A stretch of DNA of 64,000 bases, taken from the NCBI GenBank assembly GCA_965206075.1, contig CBDBIS010000005.1, forward strand, positions 3,455,813 to 3,519,812, read 5' to 3'. A program made the translations under genes and the position numbers. Each line of letters opens with the position of its first letter. Position 1 is the stretch's first letter. Under the pieces are notes generated by a model. The model was given only the letters and a program-made list of their open reading frames with translations. It ran no database searches and had not been told where the DNA came from. Source of the DNA: Alphaproteobacteria bacterium. GTDB taxonomy: Bacteria > Pseudomonadota > Alphaproteobacteria > Bin95. Below, piece by piece: positions 49,843 through 59,844 of the stretch.

Positions 49843-52800
49843 TCACTCCGCCGCTGCAGTAGCGGCCGCCACGCGGCTGCGCCGGCGCTCCTCCAGCGGG
49901 GCGAGGATCAGGCCGAGCAGCGGCGGGATGATGGTGAGGGTCAGCACAGCCGAGAGCGACAGGCCGCCCAGCACGACCGAACCCAGCCCGCGATAGAGTT
50001 CGGACCCCGCGCCGGGGAACAGCACGAGCGGGGCCATGCCGAAAATGCTGGTGAGCGTGGACATGTAGATCGGGCGCAGCCGGTCTTTCGTCGCCTCCCG
50101 GATCGCATCGGGAGGCGACATGTTCGCCTCGCGGATATGAAACAGCGTCTGGTGGACCAGCAGGATGGCGTTGTTGACGACGATGCCGACCAGGATGATG
50201 AAGCCGAGCAGGGTGAGCATGTCGAGCGGCTGGAAGGCGAACAGGTTCAGCACGGCCAGGCCGAGCACGCCGCCCGCCGTCGCCAGCGGCACCGAGATCA
50301 TGATGACCAGCGGATAGACGAAGCTCTCGAACAGCACCGCCATGACCAGGAACACGATGGCGACGGCGATCAGCAGGTCGATGACAATATGGTTCCAGGT
50401 GACGGTCAGCTGGTCGGCGGCACCGGAGAGCCGGAGCTTGACGCCGTCGGGCAGGCCGGCGGCCCGGAGCGGCCCGATGACCTCGGCGCGCACGAGGTCC
50501 ATCGCCTGCTCCAGCGGCATCTGCGCGCGGGGCCGGATCTGCAGCGTGACCGTGCGCACGCGCTCCTTGTGCCGAATTTCGGTCGGCCCGCTGGTCACTT
50601 CGATGTTGGCGAGCGATGCGGCGGGCAGGATGACGCCGTTCCGCGTCACCACGGGCAAGAAATCGATCCCCTGCGTCGAGGCCACATTGTCGGTCGGCCC
50701 CTTGAGCACAAGATTGGTGCGCTTGCCGTCGATGGTCACGCGCGCGACCCGGAGGCCGTCGTTGAAGGCGTCGATGGTGTCCGCGAGTTCGCGCGCCGAG
50801 ACACCGTTATCGGCGAGCCGGAGCCGGTCCGGCATCACGCGCACTTCGGGCGCGCCGAGTTCGAGGCCGGGGATCGGCCGGAGCTGGTTGCCTTCGCTGC
50901 GCGGCAGCGCCGCCGCCGTCATGCCGGTCGCCCGGCCCGCAACTCCCATCACGGTTTCGAGGTCGGGTCCGGAGATGTCCAGGTCGATCGACCGCTTGCC
51001 GCCGATGCCGCGCCCGAAGATGGACGCCACGGTGAAGAAGCCGAAAGTGCCGGGCTCGCGCAGCGAGGCCCGTTGCAGCACCGGCACCAGTTCTTCCGGC
51101 CTTGTCGGATCGGTGGAGGACGCGCCGACGAAGGTGTAGGACGGCAGCGCCACGAAGAAGAAATTGGCGATCTTCGGCGGCCCGCCAGGCTCGGATTCGG
51201 GGCCGGTCTCGCTCGCCCAGAGCGGGCGCGTGGAGTCCTCGATCTCCTGCGCGATTTCGCTGTTCGTCCTGAGGTTGTAGCCGGGAGGCGGCAACACCCG
51301 CCCGAGCACGAAATTGCGGCTGCCGTCCGGCAGGTAGTCGAGCTTGGGCGTGAGCCACCAGGCGACGGCGACGGCAAGCCCCGTAATGACCGTTACGGAA
51401 AGGAGTGCGGCCTTGCGGTTTCCGACCACCGTTCCGGCGTAGGCGAGCGTCGCCCGCGCATAGCGCCGCGCCAGGCCGTCCAGCACCGGTATTTCAACCC
51501 GCCCGCCGGTCCATATGCGCGTGGCGAGCAGGCGCCGGGACAGGGCCGGGATGACCGTGATCGCGACGATGAGCGAGAGCATCACCGACACCGAGATCGC
51601 CACGGCGATGTCGCGGAAAAGCTGCCCGACTTCGAGGTCCATCGCGAGGATCGGCACGAAGACCAGCACTGTCGTCAGCGCCGAGACCAGGATCGCTCCC
51701 CAGACCTGGCTCGCGCCGCGCAGCGCCGCCTCGCGGGGCGGCATACCGCGCTCCCGCAGGCGGTAGATGTTCTCCAGCACCACGATGGCGGCATCCACCA
51801 CCATGCCGACCGCAAAGGCGATGCCGGCGAGCGACACGACATTGAGCGAGCGCCCGAGCATGGCCATGGCGACGAAGGAGCCCACGACCGAGACCGGGAT
51901 CGCCAGCGAGACGATCAGCGTCGGCCGCCAGGACCGCAGGAACAGCAGCAGCATGAGCGCGGCCAACGCACCGCCGACGACGATGTTCTGCCGCACGAGG
52001 CCGATGGCGGAAAGTATGTAGTCGGTCTCGTCATAGACCTGCTCCATGACGAGACCCTCGGTGGGCAGCAGGGATTCGTTCAGTTCGGCGACCGCCGCCC
52101 GCACGCCTTCCATGGTCTGGATGACATTCGCCCCGGCCTCGCGCTTGGCGTTCATCACCACGGCGTTGGCGCCGAGCCTGCGGATGCGCGCGCGCGGTTC
52201 CGAATAGCCGTAGGAGACGTCCGCAATGTCGCCGACCGTCACGCGCCCGATCCTTCCGGTGGCGCCGTCCGACTGGGTGCGCAGCACCACGGCCCGCACC
52301 GCTTCCGGCGTATCCAGTTCGCCCGCGGCGCGGACGAGATAACGGCGCTTTCCCTCTTCCACGTCGCCCGCGGAGACGGACGCGTTGGCGGCCCGCAGCC
52401 TCTGGGTGATCTCCGTCACGGTCAGGCCGAACTGCGCCATCCGCTCGGGCAGGACGGTAATGTGCAATTCGCGCTTGACCCCGCCGAATACATCGGTTCG
52501 GGAGACGCCCTCCACGCGCTCCAGCCGGTCCTGAATCACCTCCTCGACGAAATCCCCGTAAGTATGGATCGGCCGTTGATTGCCCTTCGCGGTCTGGATC
52601 ACGAACCAGGCGATGGCGTTATCTTCCGCTCCCGCCGTCCTGAGCGTCGGGCGGTCGGCCTCGTCCGGATAGCCGGACACACGGTCCAGCCGGTTCGCGA
52701 CCAGCAGCAGCGCGCGGTCCATATTGGTGCCGATGGCGAAGGTGAGCGTGACCCTCGCGCGCCCGTTTTCCGACCGGCTCTCGACCTCCTCCAGCCCCTC

Positions 52801-53022
52801 GACGCCTTTCAGCATCTCCTCCTGGCGGTTAACCACCTCGCGCTCGACTTCCGCCGGGGCGGCGCCCGGCCAGAGCGTCTGGACGGTAATCACCGGCTTT
52901 CGCACGTCGGGCGTCAGCTGGATGGGGATCGTCTCCAGCGCCACCAGCCCGAACAGCACCACCATCAGCACCGCTGCAATCACGGCGATGGGGCGGTCTA
53001 TGGCGAAGCGGACGAGGTTCAT
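49843..53022 (-). CDS. RND efflux permease (AcrB/AcrD/AcrF family)
   Basis: GMVVDAAIVVLENI, GIVVNNAILL, RLRPIYMS motifs. Confidence 0.95.
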   Translation of the reverse strand: MNLVRFAIDRPIAVIAAVLMVVLFGLVALETIPIQLTPDVRKPVITVQTLWPGAAPAEVEREVVNRQEEMLKGVEGLEEVESRSENGRARVTLTFAIGTNMDRALLLVANRLDRVSGYPDEADRPTLRTAGAEDNAIAWFVIQTAKGNQRPIHTYGDFVEEVIQDRLERVEGVSRTDVFGGVKRELHITVLPERMAQFGLTVTEITQRLRAANASVSAGDVEEGKRRYLVRAAGELDTPEAVRAVVLRTQSDGATGRIGRVTVGDIADVSYGYSEPRARIRRLGANAVVMNAKREAGANVIQTMEGVRAAVAELNESLLPTEGLVMEQVYDETDYILSAIGLVRQNIVVGGALAALMLLLFLRSWRPTLIVSLAIPVSVVGSFVAMAMLGRSLNVVSLAGIAFAVGMVVDAAIVVLENIYRLRERGMPPREAALRGASQVWGAILVSALTTVLVFVPILAMDLEVGQLFRDIAVAISVSVMLSLIVAITVIPALSRRLLATRIWTGGRVEIPVLDGLARRYARATLAYAGTVVGNRKAALLSVTVITGLAVAVAWWLTPKLDYLPDGSRNFVLGRVLPPPGYNLRTNSEIAQEIEDSTRPLWASETGPESEPGGPPKIANFFFVALPSYTFVGASSTDPTRPEELVPVLQRASLREPGTFGFFTVASIFGRGIGGKRSIDLDISGPDLETVMGVAGRATGMTAAALPRSEGNQLRPIPGLELGAPEVRVMPDRLRLADNGVSARELADTIDAFNDGLRVARVTIDGKRTNLVLKGPTDNVASTQGIDFLPVVTRNGVILPAASLANIEVTSGPTEIRHKERVRTVTLQIRPRAQMPLEQAMDLVRAEVIGPLRAAGLPDGVKLRLSGAADQLTVTWNHIVIDLLIAVAIVFLVMAVLFESFVYPLVIMISVPLATAGGVLGLAVLNLFAFQPLDMLTLLGFIILVGIVVNNAILLVHQTLFHIREANMSPPDAIREATKDRLRPIYMSTLTSIFGMAPLVLFPGAGSELYRGLGSVVLGGLSLSAVLTLTIIPPLLGLILAPLEERRRSRVAAATAAAE

Positions 53023-54197
53023 CCCGTGTTCGCTTTCGCCGGAGACTTGCCGGGCTGGGCGGCCTTCGCGCCGGGCACGAGCACCGGCTGGCCGGGGCGC
53101 AGCCGCTCATTGCCGCGCACGATGGCGAGATCGCCTTCCGCCAGCCCGTCCAGCACTTCGAAGCGCGTTCCCGAGGCGCGGCCGAGGCGCACTTGACGCC
53201 GGTCCGCCTTGCCGTTGTTGGCGACGAAGACGAGGGCCTGCTGCCCCTGGCGCACGATCGCATCCTTGTGAACCGTGAGAGCGGGTGCAGGGGCGCCGAC
53301 GGGCAGCACCAGCGTCGCAGCGGCATTGGCGGCCAGCGGCGTCTCCGTCGGCCCGAATTCCGGCGTGAAGCGCACGAGCCGCGTGCGCGTCATCGCATTC
53401 TCGTCCGGCACAACTGCGCGCACCCTGGCGCGGTGCTTCGTGCCGTCCGGCAACAGCACCGCCACCTCGGCGCCCGGCGCGAGCGCAGCAATGCGCGCGG
53501 CCGGCACGTCTGCCTCGATCTCGAGCTTGCGGTCGTTCACCAGCGCCACCACCGCGCCGCCTTCCTTCAGGTAGGAGCCGATTTCGGTGTGAAGCGCCGT
53601 CACCACGCCGTCATAGGGCGCACGGACCGTGCCGCGCGCCAGATCCATCTCCGCCAGCGCCAGGCCGGCCCTCGCCTGCACGAGCTGGGCGCGCGCCGCA
53701 TCCAGTTCGGAACGCAGCCAGGCCCGCTCCTGCTCCTTGTCCTGGAGGCGCGCCTTGCTGAAGGAGGCCGAGCGGCGCAGCTTCTCATAGCGCGCGATCT
53801 CCTGCTCGACCCGCTCCAGCCGGGCCCCGGCGGCGACGGCGCGGGCGGCGACGGCATCGGCCGTGGCGGCGCGGGCGTCGCGCTCGGAGGTGAGCTTCTC
53901 GATGTCGAGCACGGCCAGCACATCGCCCTCCGACACCCGGTCGCCCACCTGCACGCGCATTTCCGTGACGGCGCCGACGGTCTGCGCCGCCACGGAGCCT
54001 CGCATCCGGGACACGAGCCTGCCGAACACGGGCGCCGTCTCGGCCAGTGGCTGCACGACGACCTTGTCCACCCGGACAGGCGCCGGACGCTGGGCTTCGG
54101 CGGCCGCGGGCCACATCGCCAAAAGCGCCGAAATAACCGTACCGGAGGCCGAAAGGACGAACAGCGAGGGAATATTCCGCGCCGCGATGGTTGCCAT
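53019..54197 (-). CDS. RND periplasmic adaptor (membrane fusion protein)
   Basis: VGDRV..GDVL, coiled-coil hairpin, RAPYDGVV, GLAEGD motifs. Confidence 0.9.
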   Translation of the reverse strand: MATIAARNIPSLFVLSASGTVISALLAMWPAAAEAQRPAPVRVDKVVVQPLAETAPVFGRLVSRMRGSVAAQTVGAVTEMRVQVGDRVSEGDVLAVLDIEKLTSERDARAATADAVAARAVAAGARLERVEQEIARYEKLRRSASFSKARLQDKEQERAWLRSELDAARAQLVQARAGLALAEMDLARGTVRAPYDGVVTALHTEIGSYLKEGGAVVALVNDRKLEIEADVPAARIAALAPGAEVAVLLPDGTKHRARVRAVVPDENAMTRTRLVRFTPEFGPTETPLAANAAATLVLPVGAPAPALTVHKDAIVRQGQQALVFVANNGKADRRQVRLGRASGTRFEVLDGLAEGDLAIVRGNERLRPGQPVLVPGAKAAQPGKSPAKANTG

Positions 54198-54366
54198 GGG
54201 CAGCTCTCTTGCCGCCGTACTGCCGACGGTCGGCGGCGCAAATTGGGACCGGGCGCCGAGGAAGTCAACGAGACCGCCCGCCTCTTCGGCAGGCCGGGCG
54301 CCGGTTGTGGGCGGTCGGACTATGATGCGGAATGGGAACCCCAACGGCCGGGAGGCCGGAATCGAC

Positions 54367-55296
54367 ATGACCACGCTGCTCTTCGTCCATGACGCCGCCG
54401 CCGGGCACGACACCGGCCCCGGCCATCCCGAACGCGCGGCCAGGGCCCGCGCGGTCGCCGCTGCGCTCGACGCGCCGGACTTCCGCGGCCTTGAGCGCCG
54501 CGCGCCGCCTGAGGCCGGCCGGGAGGCTCTGGAGCGCGTCCATTCCCCGGATTATGTGGACCTCGTGCTCGCCAACATTCCGGAGCGCGGCCATGTGCGC
54601 TTCGATGCCGACACCGTCGCGTCGCCCGGCACGAAGGAGGCCGCGCTCAGGGCGGCAGGCGCGGCAATGGCGGCGGTGGATGCGCTGGTCGGGGGCGAGG
54701 CGGATACTGCTTTCTGCGCCATGCGCCCGCCGGGCCATCATGCGGAGCCCGCCCGCGCCATGGGGTTCTGCTTCTTCAACAGCATTGCAGTGGGCGCCGC
54801 GCATGCGCGCGCGGCCCATGGCCTCGGCCGCGTCGCCGTGGTCGATTTCGACGTCCATCACGGCAACGGCACGCAGGCGGTCTTCTGGAACGAGCCGGAG
54901 GTGCTGTTCGCCTCGACGCATCAGATGCCGCTCTTTCCCGGCACGGGCGCGGAGCGGGAATCCGGCGCGCACGGCCAGATCGTCAACGCACCCCTTCCGC
55001 CCGGCGCGGACGGCAGGGCATTCCGCGCACGGTTCGAGGAGCGCGTCCTGCCGGCGGTGGAAGCGTTCGGCCCGGAACTGATCCTGGTGTCCGCCGGCTT
55101 CGACGCCCACCGCGCCGACCCGCTGGCGCAGCTTGAGCTCGACGCCGGGGATTTCGTCTGGGCCACGCGGCGCCTGCTCGCTGCGGCCCGCCGGCATGCC
55201 GGGGGCCGGCTCGCGGCGGTGCTCGAAGGCGGCTACGATCTCGACGCGCTGGAGGAATGCGTCGCCGCCCATGTCGCGGCGCTCGCGGGGGGTTGA
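54367..55296 (+). CDS. Histone deacetylase-family amidohydrolase
   Basis: GHPE, RPPGHHA, GFCFFN, DFDVHHGNGTQ, SAGFDAH, LEGGY motifs. Confidence 0.93.
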   Translation: MTTLLFVHDAAAGHDTGPGHPERAARARAVAAALDAPDFRGLERRAPPEAGREALERVHSPDYVDLVLANIPERGHVRFDADTVASPGTKEAALRAAGAAMAAVDALVGGEADTAFCAMRPPGHHAEPARAMGFCFFNSIAVGAAHARAAHGLGRVAVVDFDVHHGNGTQAVFWNEPEVLFASTHQMPLFPGTGAERESGAHGQIVNAPLPPGADGRAFRARFEERVLPAVEAFGPELILVSAGFDAHRADPLAQLELDAGDFVWATRRLLAAARRHAGGRLAAVLEGGYDLDALEECVAAHVAALAGG

Positions 55297-55329
55297 GGCT
55301 CCTTGCCAACCGTAATTTGTTCACTAAAT

Positions 55330-55767
55330 CAGAAATAATTTCCTGAAACGATTTGACATCGGGAAATTCCGTGATAGGATGAGACAGCGAGGAAGGAAGC
55401 GATCTCCGCGGGGCCGCTTCCTTCGTTTCGCGCCGGCGCGAAAAACCACCGACGGAACCGACAGGAGAAGTGCGTCCGCCGTCTCGCGCGCGCAATCAGG
55501 CGCGCGAACCGCGCCGCCGCGAAACGCGCGCGGGCGGGCGCGGGCGCGCCGGCAGGCGTTACGCGCGAAACAGGGTCCCCGCCGCACCGGGCAGCCAGGC
55601 GGCGGGGAGGACGGAACGGAGACGGATCGAGAGGAGAGACCGATGCCGAAAACGCAAAGTCGGGGAAGCCCGATGGAATACCCGGCCCGAAAGGACAGCC
55701 CTATGCCGGAAACGGTTGCAGGACATGAGCCATTTGCATCGCCGACCATGACAAAACATGACATTCC
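55330..55767 (+). repeat. Family D element, copy 2 (promoter, GC-rich leader, short ORF start)
   Basis: TTGACA-16-TAGGAT at 55353-55380; core 55459-55578 homologous to 5929-6046; CATGACAAAACATGACA at 55747-55763. Confidence 0.8.
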
Positions 55768-56336
55768 GAGCGCCAGGCTAACCGGTGTGAGGGTAGCGGG
55801 TGAAAGTCCTGCGGAACGAAGGAGTAGCCGACCGCGTTCCACGGCGAGCCGTGCGTTTTCGGTCGTGAGGCCGGGGACGAAGCGTCGGTAGCGGCGCATG
55901 CGGGCGGGGTTATTGAGCGCCGAAAACTTGTCCTCCGAAGCGCCGAGACGGTGAATTGCGTCGAAGGCCGCATCGCCCGCGCCGGGATATGGCGAGGAGC
56001 GGGCGAGCTTCGCGGCGTCTGAGAGCCCCGGCACGTATGTAAGCCCCGCACCGGGACCTGGGAGGTCTTCACTTTGCCCCGTCAGTCGTGCCGGGGCCGC
56101 GAGGGGAAGGGAGGTATCCGAAGCCTGAGATGAACGGAGTGAAGAAGTCGGACGGGGCCATAGTACCGTCGAAGCGGGCGAACAAGGGGGCGCGGGCCTC
56201 TGCGGAGCCTGTGGAGGGAAGGGCCTCGACCGAGGGGAATCCGCGAAGCGACCGCACGCGCCGGACACAGGGCCGGGGAAGCGTGCCCCAGGCCGTCGAG
56301 CGGATACGGCAAGCTGCAACGAGGAAGCCGAACGAA
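55768..56336 (+). mobile_element. 5' fragment of a group II intron (domains I-III and the first ~18 codons of the RT ORF)
   Basis: GAGCG 5' end; GGTGAAAGTCC, GGGACCTGGGAGGTC, GAAGTCGGAC..ATAGTACC..GAAG..GAACAA, GGAGGGAAGGG motifs; GTG-PQAVERIRQAA RT N-terminus at 56283; no DV/DVI. Confidence 0.85.
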
Positions 56337-56340
56337 CACA

Positions 56341-56396
56341 GAAAACTGTTACCCATCTATCCGGTCTGTAGTGTCACCCATCTATCCGGTTGCTCA
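56341..56396. mobile_element. IS481-like terminal repeat with two tandem binding-site repeats
   Basis: TGTTACCCATCTATCCGGT and TGTCACCCATCTATCCGGT, ending TGCTCA. Confidence 0.65.
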
Positions 56397-56442
56397 CGCC
56401 GAGAGACCCTCCCCCGGCCCCTCCCGTCAAGCGGGAGGGGAG
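56394..56442. repeat. Half copy of family A repeat
   Basis: TCACGCCGAGAGACCCTCCCCCGGCCCCTCCCGTCAAGCGGGAGGGGAG matches the right half of 44934-45064. Confidence 0.8.
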
Positions 56443-56764
56443 AAAAACCGAATGGTCTCAACATGAGCCGCGGAATGCCAATCCGCCGCCGACAACTCCG
56501 TCAATCCGGCAGTCCGCAAGCGCGGGCCGGGGCGACGGTGGGCGGACGGCTTTAGACCTGAAACGACAAGGGAATATACGCGCAGAACATGGAGAACATG
56601 ACACTTCATGACACATCGGTGGAGTGGGCCCCTTGCCCCGCGACTCGTTTCACGGGAGACCGTGAATGCGCCGGTAATGCTACAACTGCCCGACGGGCGG
56701 CTTCCCTGGGAGGCGCCCGGACGGATTGCGCCCGACACCTGCAACCGCGAAGGAGAGCCCGGAC

Positions 56765-57811
56765 GTGTTCACCGACCGCATAGAGGAACGCTGGATCGCG
56801 GCGTTCGACACCGTCTTCGGCCTGTGCAAGGTCGAGAAAGACGAGGAAGTCGCGATCCTCTCGGAGACCCAGTCGCGGCGGCTGAACGTCGAACTGGCCG
56901 AGCTCGCCCTGCTCCGGCGCGGCGCGCGGCCGTTCCACGTCACGGTCGTCTCCCCGCCGCAGACCGCCCCCGTGCCGGTGCGCTCGACCGGCGCGTCCGC
57001 CGCCCTGCAGGGGCTGGGCCCGGCGGTCAAGGCGCTCGCCGCCAGCTCTCTCGTCGTCGATGTGACGGTCGAGGGAATGCTCCACGCGCCGGAGCTCCCG
57101 GACATCATCGGGGACGGCGCGCGGCTGCTGATGGTCTCCAACGAGCACCCGGACGCCCTGGAACGGCTGCTGCCGGACCCGGCGCTTACCGAGCGCGTCA
57201 AGGCAGCGGTCAGGCGGGTCCGGGCGGCAAAGAAGATGCGCGTGACCTCCGAGGCCGGCTCCGACCTCACCGTCGCGCTGGAAGGCGCGCCGAGCGCAGG
57301 CGTCTGGGGCTATTGCGACCGGCCGAGGACGGTCGCCCACTGGCCCGGCGGGATCGTGGTCGCCTTTCCCCCGGCGGGCTCCGTCCAGGGCCGGCTGGTG
57401 CTGGATACCGGCGACGTCAACCTGACCTTCAAGCGCTACCTGGAAGCGCCGGTGACGCTCACCATCGAGGACGATTATGTCACCGCCATCGAGGGCGAGG
57501 GCACCGATGCCGAGCTCTTCCGGCGCTACTGGGCCGCCTGGGGCGACAGGAACGCCTATGCCACCTCGCATGTCGGATGGGGACTGAACGAGGCGGCCCG
57601 CTACGAGGCGCTCGCCATGTACGACCGGCGCGACTTCAACGGCACCGAGATCCGCGCATTCGCCGGCAATTTCCTCTACTCGACCGGGGCCAACGAGTTC
57701 GCCAACCGCCACACGCTGGGTCACTTCGACCTGCCGATGCGGAACTGCACGGTCAGTCTCGACGGGGCGTATGTGGTCGAGAGCGGCCGGCTGGTCGACA
57801 GCGACGCATGA
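56765..57811 (+). CDS. NicX-like 2,5-dihydroxypyridine dioxygenase / peptidase M29-fold protein
   Basis: HWPGG, SHVGWGLN..AR, RAFAGNFLYSTGAN, HFDLPMRNCTV motifs. Confidence 0.8.
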   Translation: MFTDRIEERWIAAFDTVFGLCKVEKDEEVAILSETQSRRLNVELAELALLRRGARPFHVTVVSPPQTAPVPVRSTGASAALQGLGPAVKALAASSLVVDVTVEGMLHAPELPDIIGDGARLLMVSNEHPDALERLLPDPALTERVKAAVRRVRAAKKMRVTSEAGSDLTVALEGAPSAGVWGYCDRPRTVAHWPGGIVVAFPPAGSVQGRLVLDTGDVNLTFKRYLEAPVTLTIEDDYVTAIEGEGTDAELFRRYWAAWGDRNAYATSHVGWGLNEAARYEALAMYDRRDFNGTEIRAFAGNFLYSTGANEFANRHTLGHFDLPMRNCTVSLDGAYVVESGRLVDSDA

Positions 57812-58584
57812 GCGCGCGGGTCCATCATCTCGAAGCGGGCAGCGGCGAGGCGGTCGTCTTCCTGCATGGCGTCGGCGGCGATGCGGCAAGCTGGGCGCCG
57901 CAGATCGAGGCATTCTCCGGCGAATACCGGGCGATAGCCTGGGACATGCCGGGCTATGGCGGCTCGCCGGCGCTGGAGAGGATGACCTTCCCGGCGCTCG
58001 CCGAGGCCCTGCTGGGGCTGCTCGACCGGCTCGACCTGGAGCGGTTCCACCTGGTCGGGCATTCGATGGGCGGCATGGTGGCGCAGGAATTCGCCGCCGC
58101 ATGGCCGGAACGGGTCGCCACGCTGGTCCTCTCGGCGACCAGCCCGGCCTTCGGCCGCCCGGACGGGGATTTCCAGAAACGCTTCGTCGAAGCGCGGATC
58201 GCGCCGCTCGACAACGGAGAGACGATGGCGAACCTCGCGGAGCGGACGGTGGAAGCCATGCTCGGCCCATCGGCCGATGCGGAAGGTGCTGCGCTCGCCC
58301 GGCGCTCCATGGCCGCGGTGCCGGAAGCGACATACCGCGCAGCCATCGCCTGCCTGGCCGCGTTCGACCGGCGCGACGCGCTGCCGGGCTACAGGATGCC
58401 GGTGCTGGCGCTGGCGGGCGAGGCCGACGCCACCGCGCCGGCGCCGATGATGGAGAAGATGGCAAGCAGGATTCCCGGCGCAGAGTATGTCTGCTTGCCG
58501 GGAACGGGACATCTCGGGAATCTGGAGAGTCCCGCGGCGTTCAACGAGGCGGTCGGAGATTTCCTGCGCAGATGGAGAATGTGA
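57808..58584 (+). CDS. Alpha/beta hydrolase (enol-lactonase-like)
   Basis: FLHGVGG, WDMPGYG, GHSMGG, GHL.NLE.P motifs; ATGA overlap. Confidence 0.9.
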   Translation: MSARVHHLEAGSGEAVVFLHGVGGDAASWAPQIEAFSGEYRAIAWDMPGYGGSPALERMTFPALAEALLGLLDRLDLERFHLVGHSMGGMVAQEFAAAWPERVATLVLSATSPAFGRPDGDFQKRFVEARIAPLDNGETMANLAERTVEAMLGPSADAEGAALARRSMAAVPEATYRAAIACLAAFDRRDALPGYRMPVLALAGEADATAPAPMMEKMASRIPGAEYVCLPGTGHLGNLESPAAFNEAVGDFLRRWRM

Positions 58585-58587
58585 CAC

Positions 58588-59844
58588 ATGGCTTCCAGGG
58601 ATGAGCAGCGCGATGCACCGATGTTCGACCCCGACTATTACGGGCTCAGCGACGAACAGGCCGCGCTCTGCACGGAGGCCCGGAGGCTCGGCGAGGATAG
58701 CTTCGCGGCGCGCGCCGACGAGTGGGACCGCGACGCGGTCTTCCCGATGGCGAATTACAGGGACCTCCACGAGGCGGGCCTGCTCGCGGTGTGCGTTCCG
58801 AAAAGCCACGGCGGGCACGGCGCGGACCTCAAGACCTATGCGCTGATGGCGGCCGAGATCGGGCGCTACTGCGGCTCGACGGCGCTCACCTTCAACATGC
58901 ATGTGAGCTCGTGCCTGTGGACCGGCGCGCTCGCCGACGACCTGCCGATGACCGGCGCGCAGAGGCGCGAGCACAACCGGCGGCGGGCCATCCACTATGC
59001 CCGCATCGTGGACAGGGGCGCGATCTACGCCCAGCCGTTCTCCGAGGGCGGCGCGGCGGCGGCCGGCTTTCGCCCGTTCGGCACGCTGGCCGACCGGGTC
59101 GAAGGCGGCTGGATCGTCAACGGCAAGAAAATCTTCGCCTCGCTTGCCGGCTCGGCGGACTATTACGGCGTGCTCTGCACCGAGAAGAAGGAGAACCTCA
59201 GCCGCCGCGACACGATGTATTTTGCCGTCCCGGCCGATGCCGAGGGAGTAAGCGTGATCGGCGACTGGGACCCGCTCGGCATGCGCGGAACCGTCTCGCG
59301 CGACCTCCTGTTCGAAAACGTGTTCCTGCCCGACGACGCGGCGCTGATGCCGAAGGGAATCTATTTCGAGGCGGCGACCCGCTGGCCGCACATGTTCACC
59401 ACCTTGACCCCGGCCTACATGGGCATCGCCCAGGCAGCCTACGATTTCACCGTCCGCTACCTGCGCGGCGAGGTGCCCGGCATGCCGCCGGTCAAGCGGC
59501 GCATGTATCCGACCAAGCAGCATGCCGTTGCCGAGATGCTGATCGCGCTGGAGCAGGCCAAGGCGCTCTGGTTCCAGATGCTCGGCGAGGCCCGCTCGAA
59601 CCCGTCCAAGGCGTCTGTGCTGCGCGCCTACTGCGCCCAGTACACGGTGATGGAAACGGCCAACGACCTCTGCCAGAAGGCGATCCGCACCTGCGGCGGG
59701 CAGTCGATGCTGAAGAGCCTGCCGCTGGAACGGCTCTACCGCGACAGCCGCTGCGGCTCGCTGATGCTGCCTTGGACGGCGGAGCTGTGCATCGACAAGC
59801 TCGGCCGCGAAGCGCTTTACGAGCGCGGCGAGGACGATGGATGA
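58588..59844 (+). CDS. Acyl-CoA dehydrogenase family flavoprotein
   Basis: NGKKIFAS, WDPLGMRGTVS, LERLYRDSR motifs. Confidence 0.9.
   Translation: MASRDEQRDAPMFDPDYYGLSDEQAALCTEARRLGEDSFAARADEWDRDAVFPMANYRDLHEAGLLAVCVPKSHGGHGADLKTYALMAAEIGRYCGSTALTFNMHVSSCLWTGALADDLPMTGAQRREHNRRRAIHYARIVDRGAIYAQPFSEGGAAAAGFRPFGTLADRVEGGWIVNGKKIFASLAGSADYYGVLCTEKKENLSRRDTMYFAVPADAEGVSVIGDWDPLGMRGTVSRDLLFENVFLPDDAALMPKGIYFEAATRWPHMFTTLTPAYMGIAQAAYDFTVRYLRGEVPGMPPVKRRMYPTKQHAVAEMLIALEQAKALWFQMLGEARSNPSKASVLRAYCAQYTVMETANDLCQKAIRTCGGQSMLKSLPLERLYRDSRCGSLMLPWTAELCIDKLGREALYERGEDDG

Noticed and set aside
48334-53196. 1620-aa plus-strand ORF and other long antisense ORFs (e.g. 41569-44835, 3545-5851)
   Set aside because: Shadow frames of well-supported opposite-strand genes, expected in high-GC DNA
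55304-55325. TGCCAACCGTAATTTGTTCACT as a left transposon end
   Set aside because: Only weak similarity to the 56341-56396 repeat and no target duplication found
55768-56700. Functional intron, retron or DGR reverse transcriptase
   Set aside because: RT ORF ends after ~18 codons; no YADD motif and no domain V/VI found
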